From: Mobula hypostoma
Taxonomy: Eukaryota
Length of the DNA: 64,000 nucleotides
Assembly: GCF_963921235.1 (NCBI RefSeq)
Contig: NC_086097.1
Span: 182,530,001 to 182,594,000, forward strand
Direction: 5' to 3'
Shown: piece after piece, positions 52,765 through 63,736 of the stretch
Layout of the letters: each line of letters begins with the position of its first letter
Numbering within the stretch: the stretch's first letter is position 1
Position numbers and translations under genes: made by a program
Notes under the pieces: model-generated
Databases searched by the model: none
Seen by the model: only the letters and a program-made list of their open reading frames with translations
Told to the model about the DNA's origin: nothing

Positions 52765-52862
52765 TCTGCGGATGCTGGAACCTGAACTGCAGGAGGAACT
52801 CAGCAGGTCGGGCAGCATCTGTGGAGGGAGATTCACAGCCAATATTTTGAGTCGAGAACCTA
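52765..52862 (+). mobile_element. Short decayed interspersed repeat of a type common in elasmobranch genomes (…GATGCTGGAA…GGAGGAACTCAGCAGGTCGGGCAGCATCTGTGGAGGGA…)
   Basis: Resemblance to a repeat motif recalled from memory; family not determined. Confidence 0.45.
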
Positions 52863-52904
52863 GATCTAAACTGAGAGATAGAAGGGAGATTCTCAGTAAA
52901 AAGA

Positions 52905-53340
52905 GTGGGGTAGTAGGCAGGTAGGGGAGTGGAGGTAGAGGAGGGGGAGAGGGTAAGTGAGGGACAAGGGAAAGGAGGGAGAGAGGAGGGATGAAGGAGG
53001 GGGAGGAGAAGAAAGAGGGAGGAGTAAGGAAGAAGGGGAGGGGAGGTAGGAGGGAGAGTGAGGAGAGAAGAGGGAGGGAGAGAAGGAAGGAGTGGAGGAG
53101 GGAAGAGGGTGTGGGAGGAGGGAAGAGGGACTGGAAGAAGGGTGGGTTGAGAAGGGAAAGGGAGGAGGGTGGAGTGGAGGAAGAAGTGGGTAGGGGAAGG
53201 GAGAGATGGGAGAAAGATGGAGGGAGTAGGGAGGAGGGAGGGAGAGGAGGGATGAGCTGGAGTGGAGGCTGGAGGAATGGAGGAGAGGAGTAGGGGAGGG
53301 AGGGAGAGAAGGGGTGAGCTGGAGGAGGGAAGAGCAGAGG
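52905..53340. repeat. Purine-rich (GGA/GAG) low-complexity tract
   Basis: Almost entirely G/A on the + strand for about 430 bp. Confidence 0.9.
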
Positions 53341-53769
53341 TAACAACAGATGCCGGGGGGTGATGGAGCTGAAGATGCAGTCCCACTGAGTTCCTTCACA
53401 GCTTCACTTCTGCTGCTGCTCAGTGAATGCAAAGACTCTTGTGCCCGTGGGCAAAGATATCCTGGGCATCTGATGTAGGTCCACATCTGTACCATGGGGA
53501 AGATTCAGACAGGATTTAAGGCAGTGAGAGTTCAAGGCCAGTGTGTTCCTCTCAGGGTGAAGGGCAATGACATTAGATGCTGAGGGATGGATAAAGAGAA
53601 AAGGTAATGAGATGCTCCTCAAGGATGCGTGCTTAGCCCACTGCTCTACTCTCCCTGCACTCATGACCATGTGGCCAGGCACAGCTCAAATGCCATCTTT
53701 AAATATGCCAGTTATACCAGTGTTGTTGGCAGAATCTCAGACTGCTACAAGTAGTACAGGAGTAAAATA

Positions 53770-54290
53770 AATCGGCTGGTTGAGTGGTGTTGCAACAACA
53801 ACAACCTGGCACACAATGTTAGCAAGACCAAGGGATTGACGTGGTCTTCAGGATGGGAGGTCAGGGGAGCACACACCAGGACCAAGGGATTGACGTGGTC
53901 TTCAGGATGGGAGGTCAGGGGAGCACACACCAGGACCAAGGGATTGACGTGGTCTTCAGGATGGGAGGTCGGGGGAGCACACACCAGGACCAAGGGATTG
54001 ACGTGGTCTTCAGGATGGGAGGTCAGCAGAGCACACACCAGTCGTCATTGAGGAGTCAGTGGTGGAAAGAGTGAGCGGCTTAAATTCCTGGGTGTCAACA
54101 TCTGAGGTGATGTAAGCTGAAGCAATCATGTAAGAAGCACATCGGAGGAGATTTGGCATGTCAACAAAGACGTGCAAATTTCTACAGATGTACAGTGGAG
54201 AGCATTTGGACTGGTTGTACCAGGGCCTGCGTGGAAGCTCCAATGACAGGATACTGCAGAGGGTTGTAGGCCTGGCCAACTCCACCACGG
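53770..54290 (+). mobile_element. Rex1/Babar-type non-LTR retrotransposon fragment (post-RT region), degraded
   Basis: Degenerate coding remnants LVEWCCNNN..NVSKTK..HTPVVIEESVVERVSGLNSWVST and RRFGMSTKT..NFYRCTVESI, which are typical of the Rex1/Babar ORF C-terminus. Confidence 0.75.
53826..54040. repeat. Four near-identical 54-bp tandem copies inside the Rex1/Babar fragment
   Basis: GACCAAGGGATTGACGTGGTCTTCAGGATGGGAGGTCAGGGGAGCACACACCAG starts at 53826, 53880, 53934 and 53988. Confidence 0.95.
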
Positions 54291-54724
54291 GAAAGGGCGG
54301 GTACGGGCAGAGTTGAGGTGACCCGAGAGCATATCAAAGCAGCAGGGCTGGGTCCGGGAACAAGGAATGACCCAAGGTCTGGATGATTTAAGCACTGCGT
54401 CAGATTGAAAAGGTCAGGGTGTGGGGGCTGGAGGCGAGGGACGGGCCAGCACAGCTCACTGCTCTGTGAGGTGTACTTTTCTCTGCACAGAACTGCGACT
54501 GCCAGGCTTCTGAATCGGCTGTGGACTTCAGTTCTGATTGCTATTTGTTTATTTTTATTGTTTGCACAATTCCCCACACACACACATTGGGTATTTGATA
54601 GTCTTCATTTGTTTTAATGGGTTCTATTGGGTTTCTTTGTTATGTGTCTGCCTGTAAGGAGACCAATCTCAAGGCTGTATAATGTAAACAGACTTTGACA
54701 ATAAATGTACTTTGAACTTTGAAC
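54290..54724 (+). mobile_element. Retroelement 3' end with AATAAA and (ACTTTGA)2 tail, apparently nested in the Rex1/Babar copy
   Basis: It ends GACAATAAATGTACTTTGAACTTTGAAC, and Rex1-like sequence resumes immediately afterwards. The left boundary is approximate. Confidence 0.55.
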
Positions 54725-55062
54725 CCTCTCCACCATTGAGAGCATCTGCAAGGAGGTAGCATCAGTCATTATGGACCCTTGTCATCTGGGACATGCTCTC
54801 CTCACGTTTCTACAATTGGTGGTGGGGGGTGGGGGGGAGGTGAAAAAGCCTGAAGACCCACACTCAGCATTCCAGGAAGAGCTCCCTCCCCTCTGCAAAT
54901 CAGATTTCTGAATGGTCTGTGATCACCACCTCACTATTTCCCTTTTTTGGCATGGCTTATTTTTGTAATTTCTAGCTGTTTTTATTTCTTTGCACTGTTC
55001 TAATGCTGCAGAATGACAAATTTCACTTCATATGTTAATGATAATAAACCTGATTCTGGTTC
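54725..55062 (+). mobile_element. 3' continuation of the Rex1/Babar-type element, including the 3' UTR and tail (ATAATAAACCTGATTCTGGTTCT)
   Basis: Remnants ASVIMDPCHLGHALL..KSLKTHTQHSRKS..IRFLN resemble the Rex1 ORF end, followed by a polyA signal and a short tandem tail. Confidence 0.65.
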
Positions 55063-55496
55063 TCTCATTGACTGTGAGGGAGATGATCGGACTTTGAGGG
55101 GTGTTCTGCCAAACCGCTGGACCACTGGAGAACTGGAGCCACGTGCCCAGGTCAGGGGACACAGAGCTGCTCCGTCTGGTCCGCGGGACAGGGTGACCCT
55201 GAGGAGCGCGGAGCTGTGAGTAGCGGTAAGGGTGTGGTGGGGATCAGCATCTGCAGCTCTAATCCGCAGATTGTCTCTGAGTGATGACTGCCGTTCCAGG
55301 AAGGATCATGGATTAGGTGCTCAGTGACAAGCTGTAATCGACATCTGCCAGCTGTTCCAGGCACAGTCCGATCCCACAGCTGCTCAGCATGGAAAGCCCA
55401 AAGCATCCATGAGGACGGAGGCTTCCTGGGGCTCTCTGGGGGAAACGGATGACTCACTTCATAAATTTAGCAAATTTCACAACACATGCCGGAGAT

Positions 55497-55795
55497 TACG
55501 AGGGGTGATTGACAAGATCGTGGCCTAAGGTACAAGGAGTCAATTTTAGAAAACCGAGCACATTTATTTTTCCTACATTTACACACTTAGTTCAGCGGTC
55601 GTGGAGCATACGGATCCCTTCTTTGTAGAAGTCGGCGTCTTGGGCCTCCAGAAGTGGTTCACCGCAGGGGTGATTGATAAGTTCGTGGCCTAAAGTAGAA
55701 GATGAGGAGAAACTTCAAACTTTCTGCATTTTCACTCGAAGAGTTGAACTACAGGTGCATCTAACGAGAGCGGTATAACTCACCTCCGTCAACCT
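55497..55795 (-). mobile_element. Non-autonomous Tc1/mariner derivative carrying a transposase C-terminal remnant
   Basis: Starts TA-CGAGGGGTGATTGACAAGATCGTGGCCTAAGG (TA target plus TIR-like end). Minus strand 55651-55571 reads LEAQDADFYKEGIRMLHDR*TKCVNVG, a mariner C-terminal motif. A second TIR-like copy lies at 55666-55693. Confidence 0.75.
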
Positions 55796-55959
55796 CCCCT
55801 GCCGTGGTGATTCACATGCTGGGCTAGCTTTTTCCTATCTGCATTCCGGACTCAACCTCCCTTGGGGAGAAGTGAGGGGGTGGAGAGATGTTCCTCCTCA
55901 GGTCCCCTCTAAGCCTCTTCCCTCTCACCATGAGCCCATGCTGTCTGGTTATGTTGTAG

Positions 55960-57050
55960 AGTCAGGGAGTTCTCTCGCACAGAAACAAGCCCTCCGGCCC
56001 AACCCATCCATGCCAAACACGCTGCCTGGTCCCATTTGCCCAATTCCATCTAAACCTTTCTTGTCCATGTCCCTGTCCAGATGTTTTTACATATGATTAT
56101 ACTGTACTTGCCTCTACCACTTCCTCTGACAGCTGATTCCACTCACCCATGACCCTTTGTGTGAAAAACCTGCCCCTCAGATCCACATCCTAAATCTCTC
56201 CCCTCTCATCTTAATCCTGTACCTTTGAGTTTTATACTCCCATTTGCCTCATCTACTCCCCTCCCCCATGGTTTTCTAAGCCTCTAGAATGTCACCCCTC
56301 AGCCTTCTCTCCAGGGAAAACAGTCCCAGCCTAACCAGTTTCACCTTATAACTGAAGCACTCCAGTCATGCTGACATCGTTGTGAGACATTTCTGCATTC
56401 TTTCCAGAAAATGACATCCTTCCGATAGCTGGGTGACCAGAGCTGTACACAATCCTTTATGTGTGATCTCATCGTTAACTTGTACAGCTGTAATATAACG
56501 TCCCACCTCTTCTACTGATTGTCCTGACCAAGTGTACCATACACCATCTTCTCCAGCCCATGTCATCACTTTTAGGGACCATATACCTGTACCCCTTGGT
56601 CTCTCTGTTCTACAACAATCTCCATAGCCCTGCCATTCACTATGAAGGCCCTGAACTGGTCTTACGAGATGCTTCACTTCAAACTAAATTCCATCACCCA
56701 TTCCTTTGTCTGCATTCCCAGTTGATTGAGATCCTGTTGTAGACATGGACGACCTTCTTCAACGTCCACTGCATCATCTGGACCCAAGTTACATTCTCGT
56801 CCAAATCACTAATATAAATGACAAACAACAGGGGACCCAGCACTGGTCACGCTGCTGGTTACTGGTGTCCAGTCCAAACAACAACCCTTGAATAACCCCC
56901 TGTCAACAAGCTAATTTTGTACCCAGCTGACTAGCCAACCCTGGATTCCATGTGATCTCACCTTCTAGACCAGCTGACCATGGGGGACCTTGTACCCCTG
57001 CCACCCTGCCCTCATCAAACCTTTCAGTCACTTCTTCACAGAACTGAACG
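55960..57050 (-). mobile_element. CR1 LINE fragment (RT core to 3' UTR), degraded
   Basis: Minus-strand remnants VLGPLLFVIYISDLD (~56800-56845), LERMQK..LGLFSLE (~56300-56410) and DLRGRFFTQRV (~56150-56185), plus a CR1-like 3' UTR near 55980. Confidence 0.8.
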
Positions 57051-57404
57051 TCTCAAGTACAGGAAGCCTCACAAGGAACCCTGAGCCTCATCATTCAGAG
57101 GCAGAAGCTCAGTCGGGTCCGGGCCAATCCTATACCTCACCCGGTCTCTACCCAATTCCTAGCCTTATTCTCTCCCCATCCAATCCCAAACTTCACCCTC
57201 TTTCCAGTCAATTACAAGCCAAGATGCAGCAATGGCCTAGCAACCCTATACCCACCAACTCATGAACAGGATTGTCTCTGGATACAGAGGCCATTCTGCC
57301 CCATGTTCTATAATAGGTACTAGGTGAGGGGTCATCTAGTCACATAAAGTGTCTGAGCAGGTGACAGGCTGCAAGCTCTACCCTTCTTTCTGAGGGGAGA
57401 ATAT

Positions 57405-57656
57405 TCTTTCTCTCTCTCTCCCCACCCCTCTTTCCATGTTTTCCCCTTTCTCTCTCTCTCTCCCCACCCCTCTTTCCACCCTTTCCCCTTGATCTCTCTC
57501 TCATCTCTGTATTGTCACCCCCTCTCTCTTCCCCATCTCTCTCTCCTCTCCCTCTCTCTGTCTGTCTTAAATCATTTTCTCTTTTGTTCCTTTTCCCTTT
57601 CTCATTTTTTCTTTCACCCCATTCTTATTCTTCCCCATTCTTTCTTTCCACCATCT
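57405..57656. repeat. Pyrimidine-rich (CT/TC) low-complexity tract
   Basis: Direct composition. Confidence 0.85.
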
Positions 57657-58191
57657 GTAAGTCAGGAGTGTGAAGGATGTCCTTCCCAGAAGTGGTGATG
57701 TTACTTAAGTCTAGGCCGAGGGGAAGGAGTTTGAAGGGAATCTGAAGGCACGGAGAGTGGGCGATACCCGGAACCCACTGCCAGAGGAAGTCTCTGTGGT
57801 GTGACATACACATACACAGGCAGGGCACAGAAGGAGATGGTCCGAATACAGGCAAATGGGATTGGTGTGGAAGGGCAAAATGGTCAGCTTGGGCTTGTTG
57901 GGACAAGAGGCCTGACCTGTCATTATGAACACATTCTGGTCCACTGGTAAAGTCCATGTGCCAGTGACAACGAACCCACAGGATGGAGAACCTGCCCTCC
58001 CCGTGACCTCCTGAACCCCAGGGTTCACCTTGCTGGGTGCCTTGGTTTCTATGGCTCAGTGCCACTGAGTGTCATGTCCAGCAATAGGTGCAATGCCTGT
58101 GATTCCACACAGCCAGCTCCCATTCCCTGGCCACAGAAATCCTTCGGAGGGATTGATCTCACGCACCCATGGGATGTGTCCCAGAGGAAGG

Positions 58192-58354
58192 TGGGCACAG
58201 GTGAAGCTTGGGGTCAGCGGACAAGTTCTGAGAGTTTGTCGGGCAGGTCAATGAGGTGACCAGTCCCCTGGATGGGCACAGGTGAAGCTTGGGGTCAGCG
58301 GGCATGTTCTGAGAGTTTGTTGGGCAGGTCAATGAGGTGAACAGTCCCGTGGAT
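58192..58354. repeat. 81-bp tandem duplication
   Basis: TGGGCACAGGTGAAGCTTGGGGTCAGCGG... starts at 58192 and 58273. Confidence 0.9.
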
Positions 58355-58444
58355 GTCGGGACCGAGCAGGGCACTTTTGTTTGCAGCTCACTGCTGTGGC
58401 CGCTGACCATGGTCCACCATCTCTGCTGTGCTCAGAGTCAGCAG

Positions 58445-58892
58445 GAAGGGCTGCAGAAGAGATACAAGAGAACATTACCAACACTGGAAGGCTTGAGTTA
58501 TGAGAGACTGTCCAGGCAAGGACTGATATTCCTGGAGCGAAGGAAGCAGAGAAGTGACTTTATAGAGATTTATAAAATCATGAGGCGTTGGATGTTCACA
58601 GTAGGGGAGTCCAAATCTAGAGGATACATGTTTAAGATACGAGGTGAGTGATTTAAATGGGATCTTAGAGACAAATTTTTCACACAGAGGGTTGCAGGCA
58701 TGTGAAACGAGCTGCCAGAAAAAGTGGTCGAGCCAAGAACAACATTGGACAGATATCTGGACACTGATAGGAAAGGTTTATGGGGATATGTGCCTAACAC
58801 TGGCAAATGGGACTAGCTCAGTAGGCATCTTGTTAGCATGGACCAGATGGGCTGAAGGGCCTCTTTCTGTGCTGTCGGACTCTGTAACTCTA
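58445..58892 (+). mobile_element. CR1 LINE 3' fragment with tail
   Basis: LQKRYKRTLPTLEGLSYERLSRQGLIFLERRKQRSDFIEIYKIMR..SRGYMFKIRGE..FFTQRV..NELPEKVV, then GGGCTGAAGGGCCTCTTTCTGTGCTGT..ACTCT, typical of a CR1 end. Confidence 0.85.
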
Positions 58893-59179
58893 AGAGTGCA
58901 CCAGTCACATCTTGCCCCCTTTCTGCTGCCAGCAGGGACCACTCTCTCTTGAACTCTTTGGCCTGCTTGTCCCTCACTTCCTGTCCCAAGACACTTAACC
59001 ACAGGAGTGTAACAAAGTCCTCACACCTCCTCCCTCACCACCCGGGAACCGAACAGCCTTCCACGGTGAGGCAGAGTCTGAGATTGCAGACTATCCTACT
59101 CCCGCCAAAGACCCCCACCCCACCCAACCCCCGAATTCATCCAGCAGTTTGATTGTTGCCTGAGGGGAGGAGGTGACTA

Positions 59180-59296
59180 CAGTGGAGAGGGTACAAAGAT
59201 TCACCAAGACGTGACTTGGCATAGAAACTTATAGCTGGAGAAAAACTGGAGGGGCCAAGGTGTGTTTACTCTGGAACAGAGGAGTTAGAGGGGTAA
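59180..59296 (+). mobile_element. Small decayed CR1 fragment
   Basis: GGAGAGGGTACAAAGATTCACCAAGA..TTTACTCTGGAACAGAGGAG resembles the ERVQ.RFTR..LFSLE.RR coding region. Confidence 0.5.
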
Positions 59297-59399
59297 ATTG
59301 AGCTGAGATGAGAGTCAAAATGGTCAGTAGAGGGGAGATATGCCCCCAGAGAGAGGTGGGACGGGAGAGACAGAGATCCCAATCACTGACCTCAGACCA

Positions 59400-59710
59400 T
59401 CAGAGACATGGACCCCTGAAGCGAGGTTAGTCCGGACCGAATGGACTCTCCCCTCACCTCCGGGCACCGAGGGGTTAACCGCCCCGCCCCCGGACCTCCC
59501 GCTCGTCAGACCGAGCTAAGCCGCAGACTGCGGGAGCGCCTTGGACCCACGGCCTCTGCGCTGGGAGCGGAACTGGGACCCGGAGCCAGTGGGTGACAGG
59601 TGGAGCGCTGCGGGACGGAGGGAGCGGGGTCCTGGCTCAGGTGGGGTGGTACCCTCGGTCTCTCTCAGTGGATGAACGTTGTTCTCTGGTACTCCAGTCA
59701 GGTAAAGCCT
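59400..59710 (+). promoter_or_regulatory. CpG-island-like promoter and possible non-coding first exon of the KCNH gene
   Basis: High CpG and GC density, GC box CCGCCCCGCCCC near 59479-59490, and candidate donors CAG|GTGGGG (~59641) and CAG|GTAAAG (~59702). TSS not determinable. Confidence 0.55.
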
Positions 59711-59869
59711 GTGGTGAGGCAGTGAGATGGTTGGAAAGAGCCCACGGTCCGTAATTGGGGATCCAACAGGCAAAAGGGCAACGTGGGTATCCAATCCGGC
59801 ACCCAGTGTCTCCGAAATCCCCTTCCGTCACCGATCATCGGCCAGTGTGTCTGTGCGACCGAACCACCC

Positions 59870-60540
59870 CCACGGAGGGTCAGTGTGTGTGGGACCTCCC
59901 CCCCCACCCGTGAGGATCCCGTGTCTGGGACATTTCCCCCCGGCGAGGGTTCCGTGTATGGGACCTTCACCCCCTCCCCCGTGAGGGTCCTGTGTATGAG
60001 ACCACCTCCACCCCAGTGAGGATCCCGTGTGTGGGACATTTCCCTCCGGCGAGGGTTCCGTGTGTCGGACCACCCCCCCCCACCCCCGGTGAGTGTCCTG
60101 TGTATGAGACCTCCCCGCCCCCGTGAGGATCCCGTGTCTGGGACATTTCCCCCCGGCGAGGGTTCCGTGTATGGGACTTTCACCCCCACCCCCACCTCCG
60201 TGAGGGTCCTGTGTATGAGACCACCTCCCCCCCCCCGTGAGGATCCCGTGTCTGGGATATTTCCCTCCGGCGAGGGTTCCGTGTTTGGGACCACCCCCCC
60301 CACCCCCGGTGAGGGTCTTGTGTGTGGGACATTTCCCCCTGGTGAGGGTCCTGTGTATGAGACCTCCCCACCACCGCCCACGCCCCCGCCCCCGCGAGGA
60401 TCCCGTGTCTGGGAAATTTCCCTCCGGCGAGGGTTCCGTGTTTGGGACCCCCCCCCTCCGGTGAGGGTTCTGTGTGTGGGACATTTCCCCCCGGCGAGGG
60501 TCCCGTGTGCGAGACGTTTTCCCCGGTGAGGCTCCGTGTG
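59870..60540. repeat. GC-rich minisatellite of ~32-bp subunits in a recurring trimer (GTGAGGATCCCGTGTCTGGGACATTTCCC / GGCGAGGGTTCCGTGT.. / GTGAGGGTCCTGTGTATGAGACC..)
   Basis: Direct reading. GAGGATCCCGTG recurs at about 59912, 60018, 60125, 60239 and 60396. Confidence 0.88.
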
Positions 60541-60683
60541 TAGTTCCTTTTCCCTACCCTACCCCACCCCCACTGTCTGGGTCTGGGTCAGTCGCTTGGC
60601 GTGTTTACCAGGGTATGAGTGAACTTATTATTTTCTCGCTGTGTTTGCAGACAGCGCAGAAGGGCTCTCTCTCCGTCTGGACC

Positions 60684-60707
60684 ATGCAAGAACATCGGCC
60701 CCCATAA
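60684..60707 (+). promoter_or_regulatory. Upstream ORF (MQEHRPP*) in the inferred KCNH 5' UTR
   Basis: accATGc...TAA lies between the acceptor-like ttttctcgctgtgtttgcag (AG at 60649-60650) and the main ATG at 60860. Confidence 0.5.
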
Positions 60708-60859
60708 CAGGTGGGGAGCCGAACATCTCAGAGCTTTCTGGGATCTGCCCGTGCCCGTGCCTTCTCGCTCCGGTTTGGGGAGTGAGCACACCCGAGACGG
60801 CCTGTGACAGTCTTTTTCCGCTGCTGTGCCCAGGCTGGCCGTGAAACCTCGCACAGACG

Positions 60860-60935
60860 ATGCCAATCCGGAGAGGTCATGTTGCTCCTCAGAACACATT
60901 CCTGGACACCATTATCCGTCGACTGGAGTGTCGGA
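60860..60935 (+). CDS. KCNH2: First coding exon of an ERG-family voltage-gated K+ channel (PAS-cap), probably KCNH2
   Basis: Translates as [25 protein letters not shown] versus h[28 protein letters not shown]. It has 76 coding nt ending in phase 1 at A|GTAAGT, as in ERG genes. KCNH6 and KCNH7 cannot be excluded from this exon alone. Confidence 0.9.
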
Positions 60936-61064
60936 GTAAGTGTCCGCCAGACAGTGAGTGGTCAGGGGAAAAGGGAGAGGCAGGCGATGTGTGGGAGGGA
61001 GAGTTAACTGAACACCAGACAGGCAGGAGAGAAAGTTAACACTGGGCAAAGAAAGTTACGGGGA

Positions 61065-63410
61065 GAGGAGGAGGGAGAGAGAGATACTGGGAATGGGGGA
61101 GGGAGAGAGATACTGGGAATGGGGGAGGGAGAGAGATACTGGGAATGGGGGAGGGAGAGAGAGATACTGGGAATGGGGGAGGGACAGAGATACTGGGAAT
61201 GGGGGAGGGACAGAGATACTGGGAATGGGGGAGGGACAGAGATACTGGGAATGGGGGAGGGAGAGAGAGATACTGGGAATGGGGGAGGGACAGAGATACT
61301 GGGAATGGGGAGGGAGGGGGAGAGAGATACTGGGAATGGGGGAGGGAGGGGGAGAGAGAGATACTGGGAATGGGGGAGGGAGGGAGAGAGATACTGCGAA
61401 TGGGGGAGCAACAGAGATACTGCGAATGGGGGAGGGACAGAGATACTGCGAATGGGGGAGGGACAGAGATACTGGGAATGGGGAGGGAGAGAGAGAGAGA
61501 GATACTGGGAATGGGGAGGGAGAGAGATACTGGGAATGGGGGAGGGAGAGAGATAATGGGAATGGGGGAGGGAGGGAGAGGGATACTGGGAATGGGGGGA
61601 GGGAGACAGATACTGGGAATGGGGGAGGGAGAGAGATACTGGGAATGGGGGAGGGATCGAGAGATACTGGGAATGGGGGAGGGAGGGAGAGATACTGGGA
61701 ATGGGGGAGGGAGAGAGATACTGGGTATGGGGGGAGGGAGAGGGATACTGGGAATGGGGGGAGGGAGAGAGATACTGGGAATGGGGGAGGGAGAGAGAGA
61801 TACTGGGAATGGGGGAGGGAGAGAGATACTGGGAATGGGGAGGGAGAGAGATACTGGGAATGGGGGAGGGAGGGAGAGAGAGATACTGGGAATGGGGAGG
61901 GAGAGAGATACTGGGAATGGAGGGAGGGAGAGGGATACTGGGAATGGGGGAGGGAGAGAGATACTGGGAACGGGGAGGGAGGGAGAGATACTGGGAATGG
62001 GGGAGGGAGAGATACTGGTAATGGGGGAGGGAGAGAGAGATACTGGGTATGGGGGGAGGGAGAGGGATACTGGGAATGGGGAGGGAGAGAGAGATACTGG
62101 GAATGGGGAGGGAGAGATACTGGGAATGGGGGAGGGAGAGAGATACTGGGAATGGGGGAGGGAGAGAGATACTGGGAATGGGGGAGGGAGAGATACTGGG
62201 AATGGGGGAGGGAGGGATACTGGGAATGGGGGAGGGAGAGATACTGGGAATGGGGGAGGGGGAGAGATACTGGGAATGGGGGGAGGGAGAGAGATACTGG
62301 GAATGGGGAGGGAGAGAGATACTGGGAATGGGGAGGGAGAGAGAGATACTGGGAATGGGGAGGGAGAGAGATACTGGGAATGGGGGAGGGAGAGAGATAC
62401 TGGGTATGGGGGGAGGGAGAGAGATACTGGGAATGGGGGAGGGAGAGAGATACTGGGAATGGGGGAGGGAGAGAGAGATACTGGGAATGGGGGAGGGAGA
62501 GAGATACTGGGAATGGGGAGGGAGATACTGGGAATGGGGGAGGGAGAGAGAGATACTGGGAATGGGGGAGGGAGGGAGAGATACTGGGAATGGGGGAGGG
62601 AGAGATACTGGGAATGGGAGAGGGAGAGAGCGATACTGGGAATGGGGGAGGGAGAGAGATACTGGGTATGGGGGGAGGGAGAGGGATACTGGGAATGGGG
62701 AGGGAGAGAGAGATACTGGGAATGGGGGAGGGAGGGAGAGATACTGGGAATGGGGAAGGGAGAGAGATACTGGGAATGGGGGAGAGAGAGATACTGGGAA
62801 TGGGTGAGGGAGAGATACTGGGAATGGGGGGAGGGAGAGAGATACTGGGAATGAGGGAGGGAGAGATACTGGGAATGGGGAGGGAGAGAGATACTGGGAA
62901 TGGGGAGGGAGAGAGAGATACTGGGAATGGGAGGGAGATAGATACTGGGAATGGGGAGGGAGAGAGATACTGGGAATGGGGGAGGGAGAGAGATACTGGG
63001 AATGGGGGAGGGAGAGAGATACTGGGAATGGTGGGGAGGGAGAGAGATACTGGGAATGGGGAGGGAGGGAGAGATACTGGGAATGGGGGAGGGAGAGAGA
63101 GATACTGGGAATGGGGGAGGGAGAGAGAGATACTGGGAATGGGGGAGGGAGAGAGATACTGGGAATGGGGGAGGGAGAGAGAGATACTGGGAATGGGGAG
63201 GGAGATACTGGGAATGGGGGAGGGAGAGAGAGATACTGGGAATGGGGGAGGGAGAGAGATACTGGGAATGGGGGAGGGAGAGAGAGATACTGGGAATGGG
63301 GAGGGAGAGAGATACTGGGAATGGGGAGGGAGAGAGAGATACTGGGAATGGGGGAGGGAGAGAGATACTGGGTATGGGGGAGGGAGAGAGATACTGGGAA
63401 TGGTGGGGAG
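61065..63410. repeat. Satellite E: G-rich ~24-32-bp unit GAGATACTGGGAATGGGGGAGGGAGA in the KCNH intron after the first coding exon
   Basis: Direct reading. The ATACTGGGAATG core is nearly invariant, with variable G and GA runs. Confidence 0.96.
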
Positions 63411-63681
63411 GTAGTAAGAGTTTACAGAGTCAGGCATGAGATAGAAGGGGTGGGGAAGACGGTAAGAGATGGGGAGCAGCTTTTCAGACAGGAACAGAAA
63501 ATGGAGAGGGAGTTGAGCAAAAAGAACAGTTCTGGATCTTGGCGAGTGGGGGAGCGTGGCCGGAGCCGGAGAGGGATGGAGCCTCACGAACACAGCGCAG
63601 ATCTGTGGTAAACACCAAGAGTATGGTTGGAGGAGGAGGAAAGGCCAACTCCGCGCTCCAGGAGAGATGAACTACGTCAGC

Positions 63682-63683
<2 letters not shown>

Positions 63684-63726
<43 letters not shown>

Positions 63727-63736
63727 GGGGGGGGGA
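63684..63736. repeat. (TG)n microsatellite followed by a G run
   Basis: Direct reading. Confidence 0.95.

Noticed and set aside
52689..52850. Plus-strand exon after ttctgtttacag (ORF 52410-52850)
   Set aside because: No recognisable protein, and it runs into a repeat remnant. The motif is better explained as forkhead plus X-box.
57625..58065. Minus-strand ORFs of 105 and 146 aa in unique sequence
   Set aside because: No recognisable homology or convincing splice sites. A BLASTX hit would overturn this.
61056..63611. 773-845 aa Gly/Glu/Arg- or Pro/Ser-rich ORFs
   Set aside because: Translations of satellite E on both strands.
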